Below the pieces are notes generated by a model, which saw only the letters and a program-made list of their open reading frames with translations, ran no database searches and had not been told where the DNA came from. A stretch of 64,000 bases of DNA from Sarea resinae (Eukaryota), in NCBI GenBank assembly GCA_026026165.1, contig JAPEUD010000013.1, positions 1-64,000 of the forward strand, read 5' to 3'. Below, one piece after another: positions 36,621-48,960 of this stretch. Position 1 is the first letter of the stretch, and every line of letters starts with the position of its first letter. The position numbers and the translations under genes are program-made.

Positions 36621-38233
36621 GATATGAGGGCAGACGCCTACACATAGTACTCGCTGCTTACTTGAAGGCCCTAAAAACGCGTTCGACGACGTTCCAATGC
36701 ACCGTGGCAACACTCGAACTGAATCAAGACATCACTCATCAGTGATTTAGCTGGAAATACTTACCTCTGAGTATTCCCCTCAATCATTCAGGATTATATC
36801 TAATCTAGCTCTCTACTGCAATAGGAGTCGATCGACAACCGCCTTGATTATATCGATCTGAGCCACCAGAAACGCTTTCGCAGCGCAACTTTACTACTTT
36901 GGCTAGAGGCTAGTATGGCCTTTGAACACCTTCGAAGAGCGGCTAGCCCTTCAACGAATGTACCGCCAACCTTTTTGGAGGCATAGGGAAACCTACGACA
37001 AGTGACCGTTCCTTTTTGATATATCCAACACCTTGTTCCACATCACACTTATAGTCCTAGCCACAGCGTTGTCGCTACGCTCTCGTACTCATGTTACCTT
37101 CCATCCTGCTCTAATATCTCGTTCCGTGCCGTGGTGTTCATGGTGACTGCATTACTAAGAGGTCAGTTTCGCCTGTTTAAGAATTGTTTCCGAGGATAAT
37201 GTGGTGCACCGCTCCTGATGCGCTACGTAAACCACCATATGGGGCGTCATCTGGCAGGAGTCGCCAGAGTTTCAACAGCATGTCCTGCGGTGGATGTACT
37301 ACGAGTAGTCTAGAGTCGAAGTCGATATCATTTGCGAAAGTGCGGAGTCCCAAATGCTCTCACACACTACAGTATATCGAAGTGGAAGTCTAGGCGCTGT
37401 CATTTAGCTTCAGTTGGTGTTGAGGTGAGACAATTAATCTAGACGACTTGAACGGACAGAACGTCCAAGAAAAGAATCAAGATGGTGCTGTGGTTCTGGC
37501 AGTGCAAGGCATCTGGAATCGGGGCAATGCTTCGCTTTTTGAACGAACTCAGGCGTCTACGTCTTTAGCAGCATTGCCTTTCTGTTTGAATTGAGCAGGT
37601 CCTTCCCTTCATGTTTATGGCACTGCAAGAGTTGTCAAACCCGTCTGGCTAGCGCTTGAAGCTTTGAGGCTTGATGGTTCTCGATTTCAGCAATGACGCT
37701 CAATGGTCTTGACCACAGATTGGAAAGAGACTCCCGCGGTGGGGGAGGCGGATCGTCTGGGCGGGCGTGTAATGGCACAGGGGATGATTCATGCAGCATA
37801 ATGCTTCGAATGGACCTTCTCTACCAATATGCATTCGTATGAAGAGTGTCGTGACCGTGGCCACTGCCGCACTCGTCCGGGGTAGTGTCAGCATGTCTCC
37901 CTTGACACTCGTCTCTCGTCTCTCATGTTCGTTTTTTCCCTCGCAGACCACACAACAACGGCTTTGATCCATCGATTCCACCCAAGAAGAATCAGACTTA
38001 CTACTGATTCCATCTAGTAACAACCAAGAAACTTCAGGTTTCCAAGGTATTCATACTTTCCACGTCAAAATGTCCAAAATGGTCCCATTCTCAGCAACTC
38101 TTGAAATGCAGAACATTCTCGTCATATCCCCATCATCTCTATCTCAGAGAAGCCGTTGTAAGTCCAGAACCCGTCTGCTGATTGTCATATCAGCCTCTAC
38201 AGTTAATCGTATACCTGCAGGTAACGATTGAAC

Positions 38234-40042
38234 ATGTCTGCCAACACTTATCATGTGTTTGGTGATCTCGAGATCCCGCTCGAGCAAATTGATACCGTTG
38301 CTTTGGAGAAGCTAAAGAGAAGTGCCCCGCTCCTCCGGAAATTAGAAGGGGCTGACAAGAAGAAAAGGCCACTGTTCAACTATCAGAGTGCTTTCAAAAG
38401 CTGGAAGATACGAGAAGTGGCAACATGGCCAGAAGCACAGCGATATGATCGCTTCGAAGATGAGCTCGTTGGACCCTCAGGTCCCCTCGACGCAGCCATA
38501 GCGAGTCATCTACACTACCCGAGCTTCACGACCAAGCAGCGGTACAATAGCGAGATTGCAGATTCAACAAACTGCTGCATCCGTCTCGTCCTCGAGAAAG
38601 GGTTCACATCGAAGGACTCTTTCATGTTCAACACCTTTCAAAGAAGGGAGAAGAGGAATGGACTGAAGCGCTACACCGAGGCGTCAAAGGACGCTCATTA
38701 CGGGTGGTCGAACTTGCTCCGAAGGGAGATGCACGCCAAAGTCGAAGTCGTCTACGGCAAGGCAAACCGTGAGAGGATCGAGAAGACCTCGCGCTTGACG
38801 CCAATCGAGTTGTGCGGCAGCTGGGAAGGCGTCACAATCCACCTAGAGCTCGCTGTAGCGAACCCTTTGACGCCTCTCAGAATCATCGTCTTCGTGCACC
38901 ACCCCGAGCACTTCTACCACAACTGGGATACAGAAACTGCTCGCGTACAGGACCTGAAACTGAACGCTGCGGCCAGGCTTGCTGGAGTCGCGGTTGACGA
39001 AAGCTTCTACGAGAAGCGGGCGAGGTGGTATTCGGAATCTTACAATCCTTTGATGGATGAGGAAGAGACCCGTGAGGAAGACGTGGAGGATGATGCACCT
39101 CCCGTCCACGCATCATCAAACGATGCGGACGAACGGCCAGCGAAGCGGCAAAAGGTGAGCGAAAGACATTCCTATTTAGAAGGATCGTGGCTGATCTAAT
39201 GATATCAGCTGCTTAGAAAGCGCGGAACTGGAGATCTCATCCAGTTCACCAAGGGAATGTTAGCTCTCGAGAAGGCGGGTTCCATTTTCGAGTTCTCGGA
39301 CCTGCCAATCAAAGTGACGACCTGGCTCGATTTTGAGCACGACGTGGGCAGTCTAGAGGATCTTCAGGCGAAGTACAGAAGTATATTCGAGGATCAAGAA
39401 GAAGGCTCCACAGAGAAGGCCCCTGAACTTGGCCTAATGGGCCGGATCCACCGGCTCGTTTCGAGAAAAGGGGGGATGGGCGGCATCCGTGGAAGAACTA
39501 GAGATGACGTAGGCAACCTCATCTCTGTGTTGGACAAGTATGTTATTCATCGTCCTGGTGAAACGATGAAGCGAAAGTGTGGCAATTGCGGCCGAAATAT
39601 TGAAGACGATACGTACGTGCGGTACTGGAAGACGCATCCAACGTACTATGTAGCCCACGGCTTTAAAGGATGCCATTCCAAGGAATGCGAGGGGCACAGA
39701 CAGTGGGCAATTCCCGTGGACGGCTCAATACCATGGGAAGCTGGACAGGAGGACGCGTTGAAAGGCGCCCAACCTGTCGACAGGAAAAAGATCGCTGGCT
39801 ACAAAAGCCAGGTAGAAAGTGGCGAGACCCTTGGACTACCTACCACAGTCAAAGTGAAATGCAACACTTGTGGTAAGGAGGGCAAAGATGATGTCAAAGC
39901 AGAGTACGACAAACATGAGCCTCACTACTATCTTGCAATGCGGCGGACATGCGCAGCGTGCAAGAAGAGGATAACATTCCTGCCAGCAGACGGCCAGCAG
40001 TACGTGACAACCAAGATTCTATGGGATCGGATGCAGGAGTGA
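38234..40042 (+). CDS. UDG-superfamily-like domain + two Cys4 zinc-ribbon repeats (584 aa), 2 exons; paralog B
   Basis: ORFs join in frame through intron 39155-39208 (GTGAGC...CAG), the same phase as in paralog A. Shared motifs include HVFGDLE, EVATWPE, HLHYPSFTTK, TNCCIRLVL, IIVFVHHPE and KTHPTYYVAHG. Confidence 0.8.
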
Positions 40043-40122
40043 GAAGCCAAGAAGAGCGAGAAAGATCAGAAGAACTAGTTCTGTCGGTCAGTATAAGTCT
40101 CGTTTGTTTACAAATGGGAGGA

Positions 40123-40324
40123 CGCGCTTCGGCGTGGCCTATTACTGAGGTACGCTTCGGCGTGGCCTACTAATGCTGAGGTACGCTTCGGCGTGGCCTA
40201 TTGCTCTGGTACGCTTCGGCGTGGCCTACTAATGCTGAGGTACGCTTCGGCGTGGCCTATTGCTCTGGTACGCTTCGGCGTGGCCTCATTGACATCTCGG
40301 CTTGCCTGGGATCTCGAGGATGCT
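40123..40324 (+). repeat. Array of six (T)ACGCTTCGGCGTGGCCT hairpin repeats plus conserved tail
   Basis: Six units at 40123-40286 with linkers ATTACTGAGG / ACTAATGCTGAGG / ATTGCTCTGG, followed by CATTGACATCTCGGCTTGCCTGGGATCTCGAGGATGCT. Confidence 0.95.
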
Positions 40325-40931
40325 CTATAATGAACCATCACCGAATGTTGAAAGATTTTCGTGGCTCTCAGCCTCAGCCGCAGCTGCGTTGCGCAAGGTA
40401 AAGGAACAAATTACGATCAATTGCCATTGCTATCGAGCTATCAGTTCATCGTCATTCTGGCTCCTGCTGCTCCCCTGCTTGTTCGCTCCTATCAATGGCT
40501 GCGGCTGCGGCTACAATCTTATTGCCCGATGTATTTTATATAGTAATAGTATGGAAATAGAATCGCAACCAGAAAGCAATTATAATCCTCTCTACTTCTT
40601 ATATTTCGACAAAGGCTGAAGAAACCACAGGCTAATGTAACTTCGTATTCCGAGTAGAGCACGGCGGTGATGAGTGTAGCATTAAAAGAAGTTCTACGTG
40701 TCCGCAATCCGAACAGCTAATAAGAGCCCAAGGTGCTCAAAGACAGTACGGAGTACTACATAAATATCCGAGCTCCGTGTTCGAGAACTGCGGCGCTCCA
40801 GGCGGGCCCGCGAAACCTCTCGGCAAACGCCGTGCGACTGCACATCACCAACGAAACTTTCGAAATGTCGAAGAATATTTGATTTCTGCAGCAGACCAGA
40901 ATCGGTCATTTTCCTTGGTCAATCTGAAGTC

Positions 40932-43900
40932 ATGGGAAAGCGACCCGCTGCTCCTGTCACAGAGAGCAGCCATACAAGCTTTGCGAAGCGTCAAAAGCTC
41001 GATGGATCCGTGGGACGTTCGCCCGCAAAGACGGAAATTCAGTCTGCGCGCCAACTCCAGCAACTGCTTTCATTTCACCAAGATGCCGGATCGCAGCTGA
41101 AACAGGGTAAGGCTTTCTTTTTTCTGTTGCGCTGAATTATATCTAATATTTGTCTAGGCATACAATCCTTGAAAGGATTTCTGGAATCTATCGCTCATGA
41201 AAACGACGAACCTGCAAAGTTGCGCCGGCAAGCTATCTTGAAGGACTACCTCGACCTTCAAATCGCACGCGATGACGGCGAGGCTGAATCTGTGTATATT
41301 CCAGATGTGATACAGACGTGGGGTTACGCTTCTCAGTCCAACAACGAGTCACTGCTATCCGCCGTCCCCGCCGTCCTTGCACTTTTACTCAAAACGATAT
41401 CCGCGCTTATTGATTTCCGGGAGAATGGCCTCCGTCTATGCAGGACTCTTCTCCAGAGGAATCAACTCAAACTGATATCGAGAGGTCTCTCAGCGCCAAA
41501 GTCCAAAGAGCATCTGATATCCCCGTGTCTGCGGCTATTGAGCGAGGTTGTGTCGTTCGACGGAGGCGCGCAAGCCAAACATTTATACGCGCTTCGAGAT
41601 TTCACGTTCAACGGCAAAACTTTGGCTCGCAACCTCGGAATCCGAAGGGCATCGCCGGGAGACCCAGTAGAGGATAGACGCAAGCCGTCGGTGAGATATA
41701 ATGCGATTCGATACTTGCTCGCAAATTTCAAGTTCCAGGATCAGGCTTCGAAAAGCGATATTCTCAGTATTTCGCCCATCACCAAAGCACTGTTTGAGGA
41801 TCTCCGAGAGGACTCACCAGAAATCATAACAGAGGTCTTAGAGGCTGTGAAAAAGCACATCTTGCTTGACGAGAAGTTACAAAGAAGTAGCAAAAGCCGA
41901 TTTCTTACTGAGCGAACCTTGAGCCGAATAGCCACCCTATACAATTATAATCAGGCTCTTGAGGAGAGTCAGCTTCAGCACAAGTCTATTGATATTGTAG
42001 CCCACGAGTTCTTGTCACTTGTCTGCACATCCTCCAAGTTCGGGGTCTTGATTTCTAGGTCGGCTTGGTATCCGCCCGGCACAGAAAAAGATCTTGATGA
42101 GAATGAAGACGGAAATATGGATCACATTAATGTTGGACTGGACTCACTTCAATGGTACAACAGATATCATGAAACGGTCCCTGTTCGCAACAACATCCTT
42201 TCAAACTTCATTCAGAGTCTGCGGCCTTATGCAAGCACCCTCCAATGCGAGCTGCTACTAGAAATCTTCAAGGCAGCTCCAGAGCTTGTTGCGGATTACT
42301 TCTTCAAGAAAAAGGGATTTACGCTTGATCCCAAGCTGACAGCCACGTGGATTGGCTATTCCGCCTTTTTATTTTCCACAGTGCAATTACCTGTTCCACA
42401 ATTATTATTCGGCGCCGACAACAGTCGAAAGGCCCCTCCCCCCAACTCTATCATAATCGAAAGCGTTTGCCCTCAGCCCCTGGATCAAAAAACGTTAACT
42501 AAATGCCTCAACCAGAAATCAGATCTGATCACATTCTTCGCCATTCGCCTCATAACCGTAGCATTCGAGAAATTACAAGCAGTCTTGAAGCTTCTGAGAT
42601 CTCAATCAAATCGACCATCAAATCTATGGGACGAAGGAGCTTCGAGGCTTGTGACAGAGTTTTGTCGCAGGTGCCCGAAAATGAAAGACATCATAGCTGT
42701 TTTCCGAAATAGCCCAGAAGACAACGTCATGCGAAGGGAAGCGATAACCCGGCTATTGGCAATGTACTATAAGATCGTTCCTCAAATAGCTTTGGAGGAG
42801 AAGCTCGACATATCGGTGGCCCTCACAAATGGTCTGAGCTATGCAGAAAAGATGGAAAAGCCAGAAGAAGGCAATGAACTGCGCGTCCTTGAACTGGAGC
42901 ATCTGCTGGATATTGGACAACGGTCACCAAATATGCGGTGGTTTAATAAGCCCGGTAAGCCACTTGATTCTCGTGCATGGAGCAAATGGACGCTAATTAC
43001 CACTCTAGAATCTCTGCAATTTTCCCCATTCATCGTCTTGCTTAAGCTATGTGTCAATACACCCAAAGGAGTGTCTAAACTCCAGCTTCAAGAGCTATTG
43101 CATGCGATTACTCTTGAGAATGGCGTTCTACAGCAAGAGACCAAGCCCTCCTCACTGGCGGCTTTATTATCGAGTCTCGAAACGACAAAAGCAGCCAGCG
43201 AATCGGCCGCCGTGTTTGGTTTTCTCGAGAATTGTGTTGGTCGTCTTGTCAGAAAACCTGTTAGTTATTCGGATCAGTTGGATTCCGTGAGAGATTCCGC
43301 CAAAGTACGAAAGAACAGCAAAAAGGACCTTCCAGTAAGCTTGTTGATCCTAGCTCTGAACGAGCAGTTGGAATTCGTAGCCAAGAAAGAGAGCACGGAT
43401 GGCACAACCATTGCGACATGGTTAGCTAGATACTTGGGATACTCGAAGCAAATTGGAGAGGACTCCGCTGTCTTGAAGGTCATCCGGGATGCCATGATCA
43501 GTGTATTTCCCCAGAAGGGGTATCAGTCAATTCTCAAGAAGGCCTTTAAACATGAGGATGCAAACCTTGTGCCGTCCTCTAAACCTAGCGCGGATGAAAT
43601 ATCCACAGACGGTGCTCCTAAATCCCAACGAACCCCCAGGACCGGAGACGAGCCTGTGGATGACACGACTGAAATGATAGAAATGATGGAAAGCCCTCCG
43701 GCAGAAGATGAGAACCATCGTGGACTCAACCGATGGACCCAGAAGGACGTGCAAGAAGCTGTCGAGGACAATGATGTCGGCCAACTTATCATATGTTTGT
43801 GCTCAAAGCACTTCGATATACGGAAACAAGCCCTGGCAAATGTTCAACGGCTGATGGAAAAGTTGACGGTCAGTTTGATTCGGTTTTTTTCGTTTGCCAA

Positions 43901-44613
43901 TTCTAATACAAAGTAGACTTCTACATACGAGGAGTGGCAACAGGCCTATCTACTTCTAGGAGAAGTTTCGGAGACGGCCAAGGACATCATCACCGCTGAC
44001 CAGCTTCCCTATTCCACCGGAACTTTCGCGGCGCGAGCTCTTCTAGTCCTTACGAATCCATTGCACCCATTGTATCCAAAGCTGAACAGGTTTCTGAACA
44101 AAGGGCCGTCATGGAACGTCCGGCGACTGATTTCCTATTGGACAGAAAAGGTTCTGTTGACACCTCCTGACCATGATGATGCACATTATGCCGAGGTCGA
44201 TTGGCTACTGGATACCATGATCGATGGTCTCCGAACGCAGCAGGTACGTTGACTGTAATCCTTTATTTATGGCTCACGGTCTAATGGCTCGATAGGACAT
44301 GGAGATATATCGCATCTGCCAAATTTTCGAGCGTCTTCTTACACTTTACTCTTCACATTTCTTGTCCACGGCCCTCAGGAAGAAGATCATTCATCTCTTA
44401 TTCCGCGCGACGGCGGTGGAAGGAAGCACAACGCTCATCACGCGGACTGGCATTATCAGCTGGATAGAAACCAGGCTCGCGGCCAAGGACCCTAATGATG
44501 TCACATTGAAGCGATTGGCGAAGCGCCTGTACGAGACCTGTGACCAGACGCGAGTCGATGAATGGAGCGGCGGGAGCATCAAGGAGGTCTTAGCTAGCAT
44601 TGATGGATATTAA
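40932..44613 (+). CDS. URB1: Nucleolar pre-ribosome associated protein Urb1/Npa1, about 5 exons
   Basis: PCLRLLSEVVSFDGG, RKPSVRYNAIRYLL, FTLDPKLTATWIGY, PLHPLYPKLNRFL and EGSTTLITRTGIISW. Confidence 0.88.
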
Positions 44614-45626
44614 GGATGGGACCTTTCTACACGGGAAGGTCCTCTACTCTAGTACCCTTGAACTCTCTACGATGCTGATCCAAAGACATTCTGATGGCGG
44701 GGTAAATGCTGAATGGGAAAGTCGATTGAAGTGGTTATGGTTATCAAGGGCATTCAAAGTCTCTTTGAGGTGAGGTGTACCGGAAACGTCGCGGTCCGAC
44801 AAGTACTCGGTACTTGGTTCCGTGACGATCAAGCCAGAGAAATTCGCGTATGCGGTACCCCTTTTCCCTCGTAGAACATGGTACTTCGTACCCTACCTTT
44901 CATCGCTTAGAATGGCATGGACTGCATGAGAGTGCGGTGATGGGTATGGGTGATGGTGGTGGTGGAGGGAGTTTGACGACGCTCTTGGACTATTGCCTGT
45001 TGCTACCACGAGCTGCGAATAACACACATCAATGCTCCATCCACCATCGCTCTCATTGCCAGCTCTCTACCACCAACACCAACGCCAACACTGATTGCTC
45101 ACGAACACCACCAGACTCGCTTGCTCGGTCATCTACTGCGTCAACCTGTGAATATTCCGAAAGGCGGGCTCAACAGCATCAGATCTCTCTGCCTGAGTCG
45201 TCTCATCGCTCCGTCCACGCCGTCGTGGTGCCTTGTGCGCCAGGACGAATCTCGAGAGTAGCCTACGTCGCCGAGGTTCAGACACGGTCGCCTTGTTACG
45301 ACCGCGCTCCAGAGAAGTCAAAGCGGCCGAATTCATTATACTCATCCTCGTCCTCGCCATCGTCCTCATTCTCCAATACCCATACACCTATCACTCACGC
45401 CTCAAACCCATTCATCCACACATCTTTCCCAACTCATCCTCAGATCTCATTCGCACCTCCACTCGCGGCATCATCTGCACATCCCGGCCTCAGGTTGCGA
45501 TTGCCCATGCTCCTCACGATCGCTCAGAGTACACACCCTTACACCCACCCTACGAACTTACACCTTTCCAACACGCACTCGTACGAGCACCATTGATTGT
45601 CTGTCCTGTCAATCCTAGGGTTTACC

Positions 45627-48077
45627 ATGGCCCGCCCCTATACTGCCGAAGAGCTCCTCTGGCTGAGAGAGTCGCCTCTCGTGACCAAGCCAGATACACT
45701 CCCGCCTGCTGAGGAGTGGATGGGGTGCGCACACTCCAAACCTAGCTTTATGAAATCGTGACTAACGTTCACTTAGACCCCCGCCCGATCTCAATCAGAA
45801 AAAGCCCACAATGAATAGAGCCAAAACCGACGAATCTTCGGCATACAATGAGCTGTCACCTCGTCGTCCGGCTCTATTTGAGACGAGGCATATTTTGCGA
45901 ACTTCTGGCACAGGTACATGGAGTCATAGATCATTCTGAATTGTATTCCCTGCTGACTCCGGCTAGTACCAGATGATATAGTCTTGGGACCGCCTAAGAC
46001 ATCCTTTACTTCGGCAACGGCTATACGAACCCTAGGGAAGCTATCAGACTCACCGGATCGTCCTTCTCAGACGGCTTATGACGACGAATCCGCTCGAAAT
46101 GATCGCTATGCTTTTAGGGAGAAATTCTTCAAGGAGAGAGGAAGGGGAGAGAGAGAAGCAGAAAGACCTCGAGAGCCCAGGGTCGGCCCTACTAATGGAC
46201 GTCGACTCACAAGAGAGGATGCAGAAGGTTGGACAAATGTAAAGCCGCGAAAGAGTTTTGGACAAGATGATGGCGAAAGATTCTCGAGGCGAACCGGGGA
46301 CAGAGAACGAACTCAGGGATCCAAGGATTCAACCCGCGAGAAGGATCTCTTAGGTGAACGCGAAGTCTTTTCGCGTCGTAATGGTACTGGTAGAGCACGA
46401 AATGAGCCGACGTGGTTCAGGGATGAGAATGCTCACACCGCTCATAAGGAGAAAGAGTTTACACGAGAGGCACCAAAGGACCGGGAATGGCGAGACCGGG
46501 ATCGTGATCGCCGGGATGACAGAGAGTGGACTAGAGGTGGACGGACAGAGCAAGATCCCGAATGGATGGAAACACCGAGCCGAGAAGAGGAGAAGAAGCA
46601 AGCGCACACGCAAGCAGACTTTCAAAAATGGAAAGAGAGGATGAAAGCTAGCAACACCCCTTCAGACGAGAAAACGAGAGAGATTGCGGAGCAAGCGCCG
46701 CAGCCGACCTCGGAAACTCCCGAGATGGAGCAGCGACCTTCAAGGAGCGAAGTTCCGCTTGTGATGGATACTGGAATTGATAAGTTCTTTGGGCTTTGGA
46801 GCGAACCGAAGCGGGCAGATAGCAATGCTCTTTCAGGAGAACAAGCAGCTGAAGCAAAAGGGCCTAGTAAATCCAGAGCTCCCAAGGCTTCACGGTTCAC
46901 AACCTTTTTCAGTCCTCAGGAAGAAATTCCTCATCAGCAACCAGAGCCAGCTCCTCCATCTAGGCCAGCTTCAGATTACATCCAAGATGACTCAAACAAA
47001 GACCGAGAAGGATTTCAACGAATTTTGCAGATGTTAGGAGGTGCCAGCATTAGCTCTGCATCCTCGACCCCGCAGGTCAACATTGCACAGCAGCCTAGGC
47101 CACCACCAAACGATCAGAGAGCATCGAGCTCATCCACACCAATATCGGCTCCCTCCAGAGGGCCTCCGATCAGAACTCAAGAGCGTATTGCCGAGCAAGA
47201 CCAGGCGCCGTCCCGCAATTCAAGTGGACCTCCAAACCTCCAAGGTCTATTCGGCGGCGCCCCAAATGCCCAAACAGGGTCAGCTCCGAATCGCGATAGT
47301 GAATTCCTGCTTAGACTCATGCAACAGTCACGATCTATGTCATCTTCCGATAGCTCAGCCATGCTTCGTGGCCCGCCACCAAATGATGGCCAAGGGTTGC
47401 CGCACCTGTCTGAGCTCATGGGCAGACCTCAAGAGATGCCAAGACAGAAGGCTCAAGCGGGCCCAATGCCAGGTTACTTTGATGACGCTCCAGTGAATGA
47501 GCGAAGGGAAGCTGATTCCGTCCGCGAAGCGGCAAGGAGGAAGGGTCCATCTGGACCTCCACCGGGATTCTTCGACGATCCGTCAATTGCCAGCTTCCAA
47601 AGACGTCCGGTTCAAGACAGCCAGCAGCGACCTCAAAACATGCCTCCTGGACTCCAACGTCCTCCAGGGCTAGACCCCATGCTACCTCCAGCTTGGGCCA
47701 ACAACCAGGTCCCACCGCATCAGCAGGGCAATATCGCCCCGCCGCCTGGATTTGCCAATCCGGGCGTGCGTGGAGGACCGAATGGCTTCCCGCCAGGCTT
47801 TTTGCCACCCCTACCAAATATGCCCATGTACGGAGACAGAGGTCCAACAGGACCGAACCAAGGGCAATTACCACCTAATTTGCCCCCGCCTGGGTTTTTT
47901 GGTGTGGGAGGACCGCCTCCAGGTCTTCCGCCGATGCCCTTTAGCAATGAAGCTCTGATGGCTTTGGCTGGACCCGGCGCCGGTCAGCCTGGCGCGCCGA
48001 GGAGGCTGCCGTTTGAGATGTTTGGCGATGGTGGCGGCGGCAATGCTGGGCCAAATGGGCGAGGAGGTCCTGGTTAG
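45627..48077 (+). CDS. Low-complexity protein with N-terminal eIF4E-binding motif (Eap1 / 4E-T-like), 3 exons
   Basis: Exon 1 MARPYTAEELLWLRESPLVTKPDTLPPAEEWMG contains YxxxxLL. Later motifs include LGPPKTSFTSA, EQDPEWM, HTQADFQKWKERMK, SRFTTFF and a Pro/Gly-rich tail. Confidence 0.75.
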
Positions 48078-48499
48078 TCAATTTTATCTCCATGGCATGG
48101 TTCAAGCTAATGTGTATTTTCATGACGCCAAGGCTTTTGATGGGATTCATTCCATCCCCAAGGCATATAATGCCCTACATTGCAGATGCGGCCCGATATC
48201 TACCTTTTTATCTCGTCTACCCTCATTTGACCCTTATCATGATCGTCGTCATCATCATCATTATCACCCAGGAACAATATTGCTGGACACACGATTGGGC
48301 AAGCTACTACTATCTCGAGCGCAGCCTAGCCTCTCGTTATCAATCCATCCAATACCCGATGCCGCCATACGCCCTCAACTCAGCCCATCTCAAATCAAAA
48401 CACAAGAAATCAAAACATGACAGATAATCGAACCGAGCCCAGAGATCATGGTTGTTGGCCTGGCTGATTGTGCGCCAATGTCGGGACGGAGAAGGGAGT

Positions 48500-48768
48500 C
48501 GATGGGTCGATGGGTCGATCAGTCGGTCGGTCAGTCAGTCAGTCAGTCAGAGCTATATGCTTGATCTGACTTGACTTTACTTGACTTTACTTGACTTCAC
48601 TTGACTTGACCTAACCCGGGCTTGGCCTTTGGCTTAGCTTAGCTTAGCTTGGCCCCTCCACCGACCCATAAGCTAGCTTACCTTACCTTACCTCACCTTA
48701 CCTCACCTTACCTCACCTTAGCTTAGCCTATAGCTCCGCTTGCCGCGGCCTAGCTAGAATCAAACCAG

Positions 48769-48799
<31 letters not shown>

Positions 48800-48960
48800 G
48801 ATGATTTCTCCCGTGTGTCTCTGAGACCTGCGTCTATCTATCTTGCGTAAGGCCTTCTTGATATATATATGTGTATGTCCATGTGTGTGTATGTTTGTGT
48901 GCTTCGTACGTAACCGTAACCGTAACCGTATCTATAGATGCTGAATTATCATTCTGCTAT
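48500..48960. repeat. Dense microsatellite cluster: (AGTC)n, (ACTTG)n, (TTAGC)n, (CCTTA/CCTCA)n, (CT)n, (TA)n/(TG)n, (CGTAAC)n
   Basis: Direct reading of the region between two convergent genes. Confidence 0.9.

Noticed and set aside
36750..38030. Fragmented minus-strand coding-like sequence upstream of paralog B
   Set aside because: Short interrupted frames with no identifiable homology and no counterpart upstream of paralog A.
21000..40400. Starship, Helitron or LTR-retrotransposon call for the island
   Set aside because: No tyrosine recombinase, Rep/helicase, RT, integrase or transposase ORF or recognisable relic was found, and no terminal repeat pair or TSD bounds the island.
44850..45596. 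248-aa Ser/His/Thr-rich ORF
   Set aside because: Low-complexity translation of the promoter/5'UTR of the 4E-binding gene, with no motifs.
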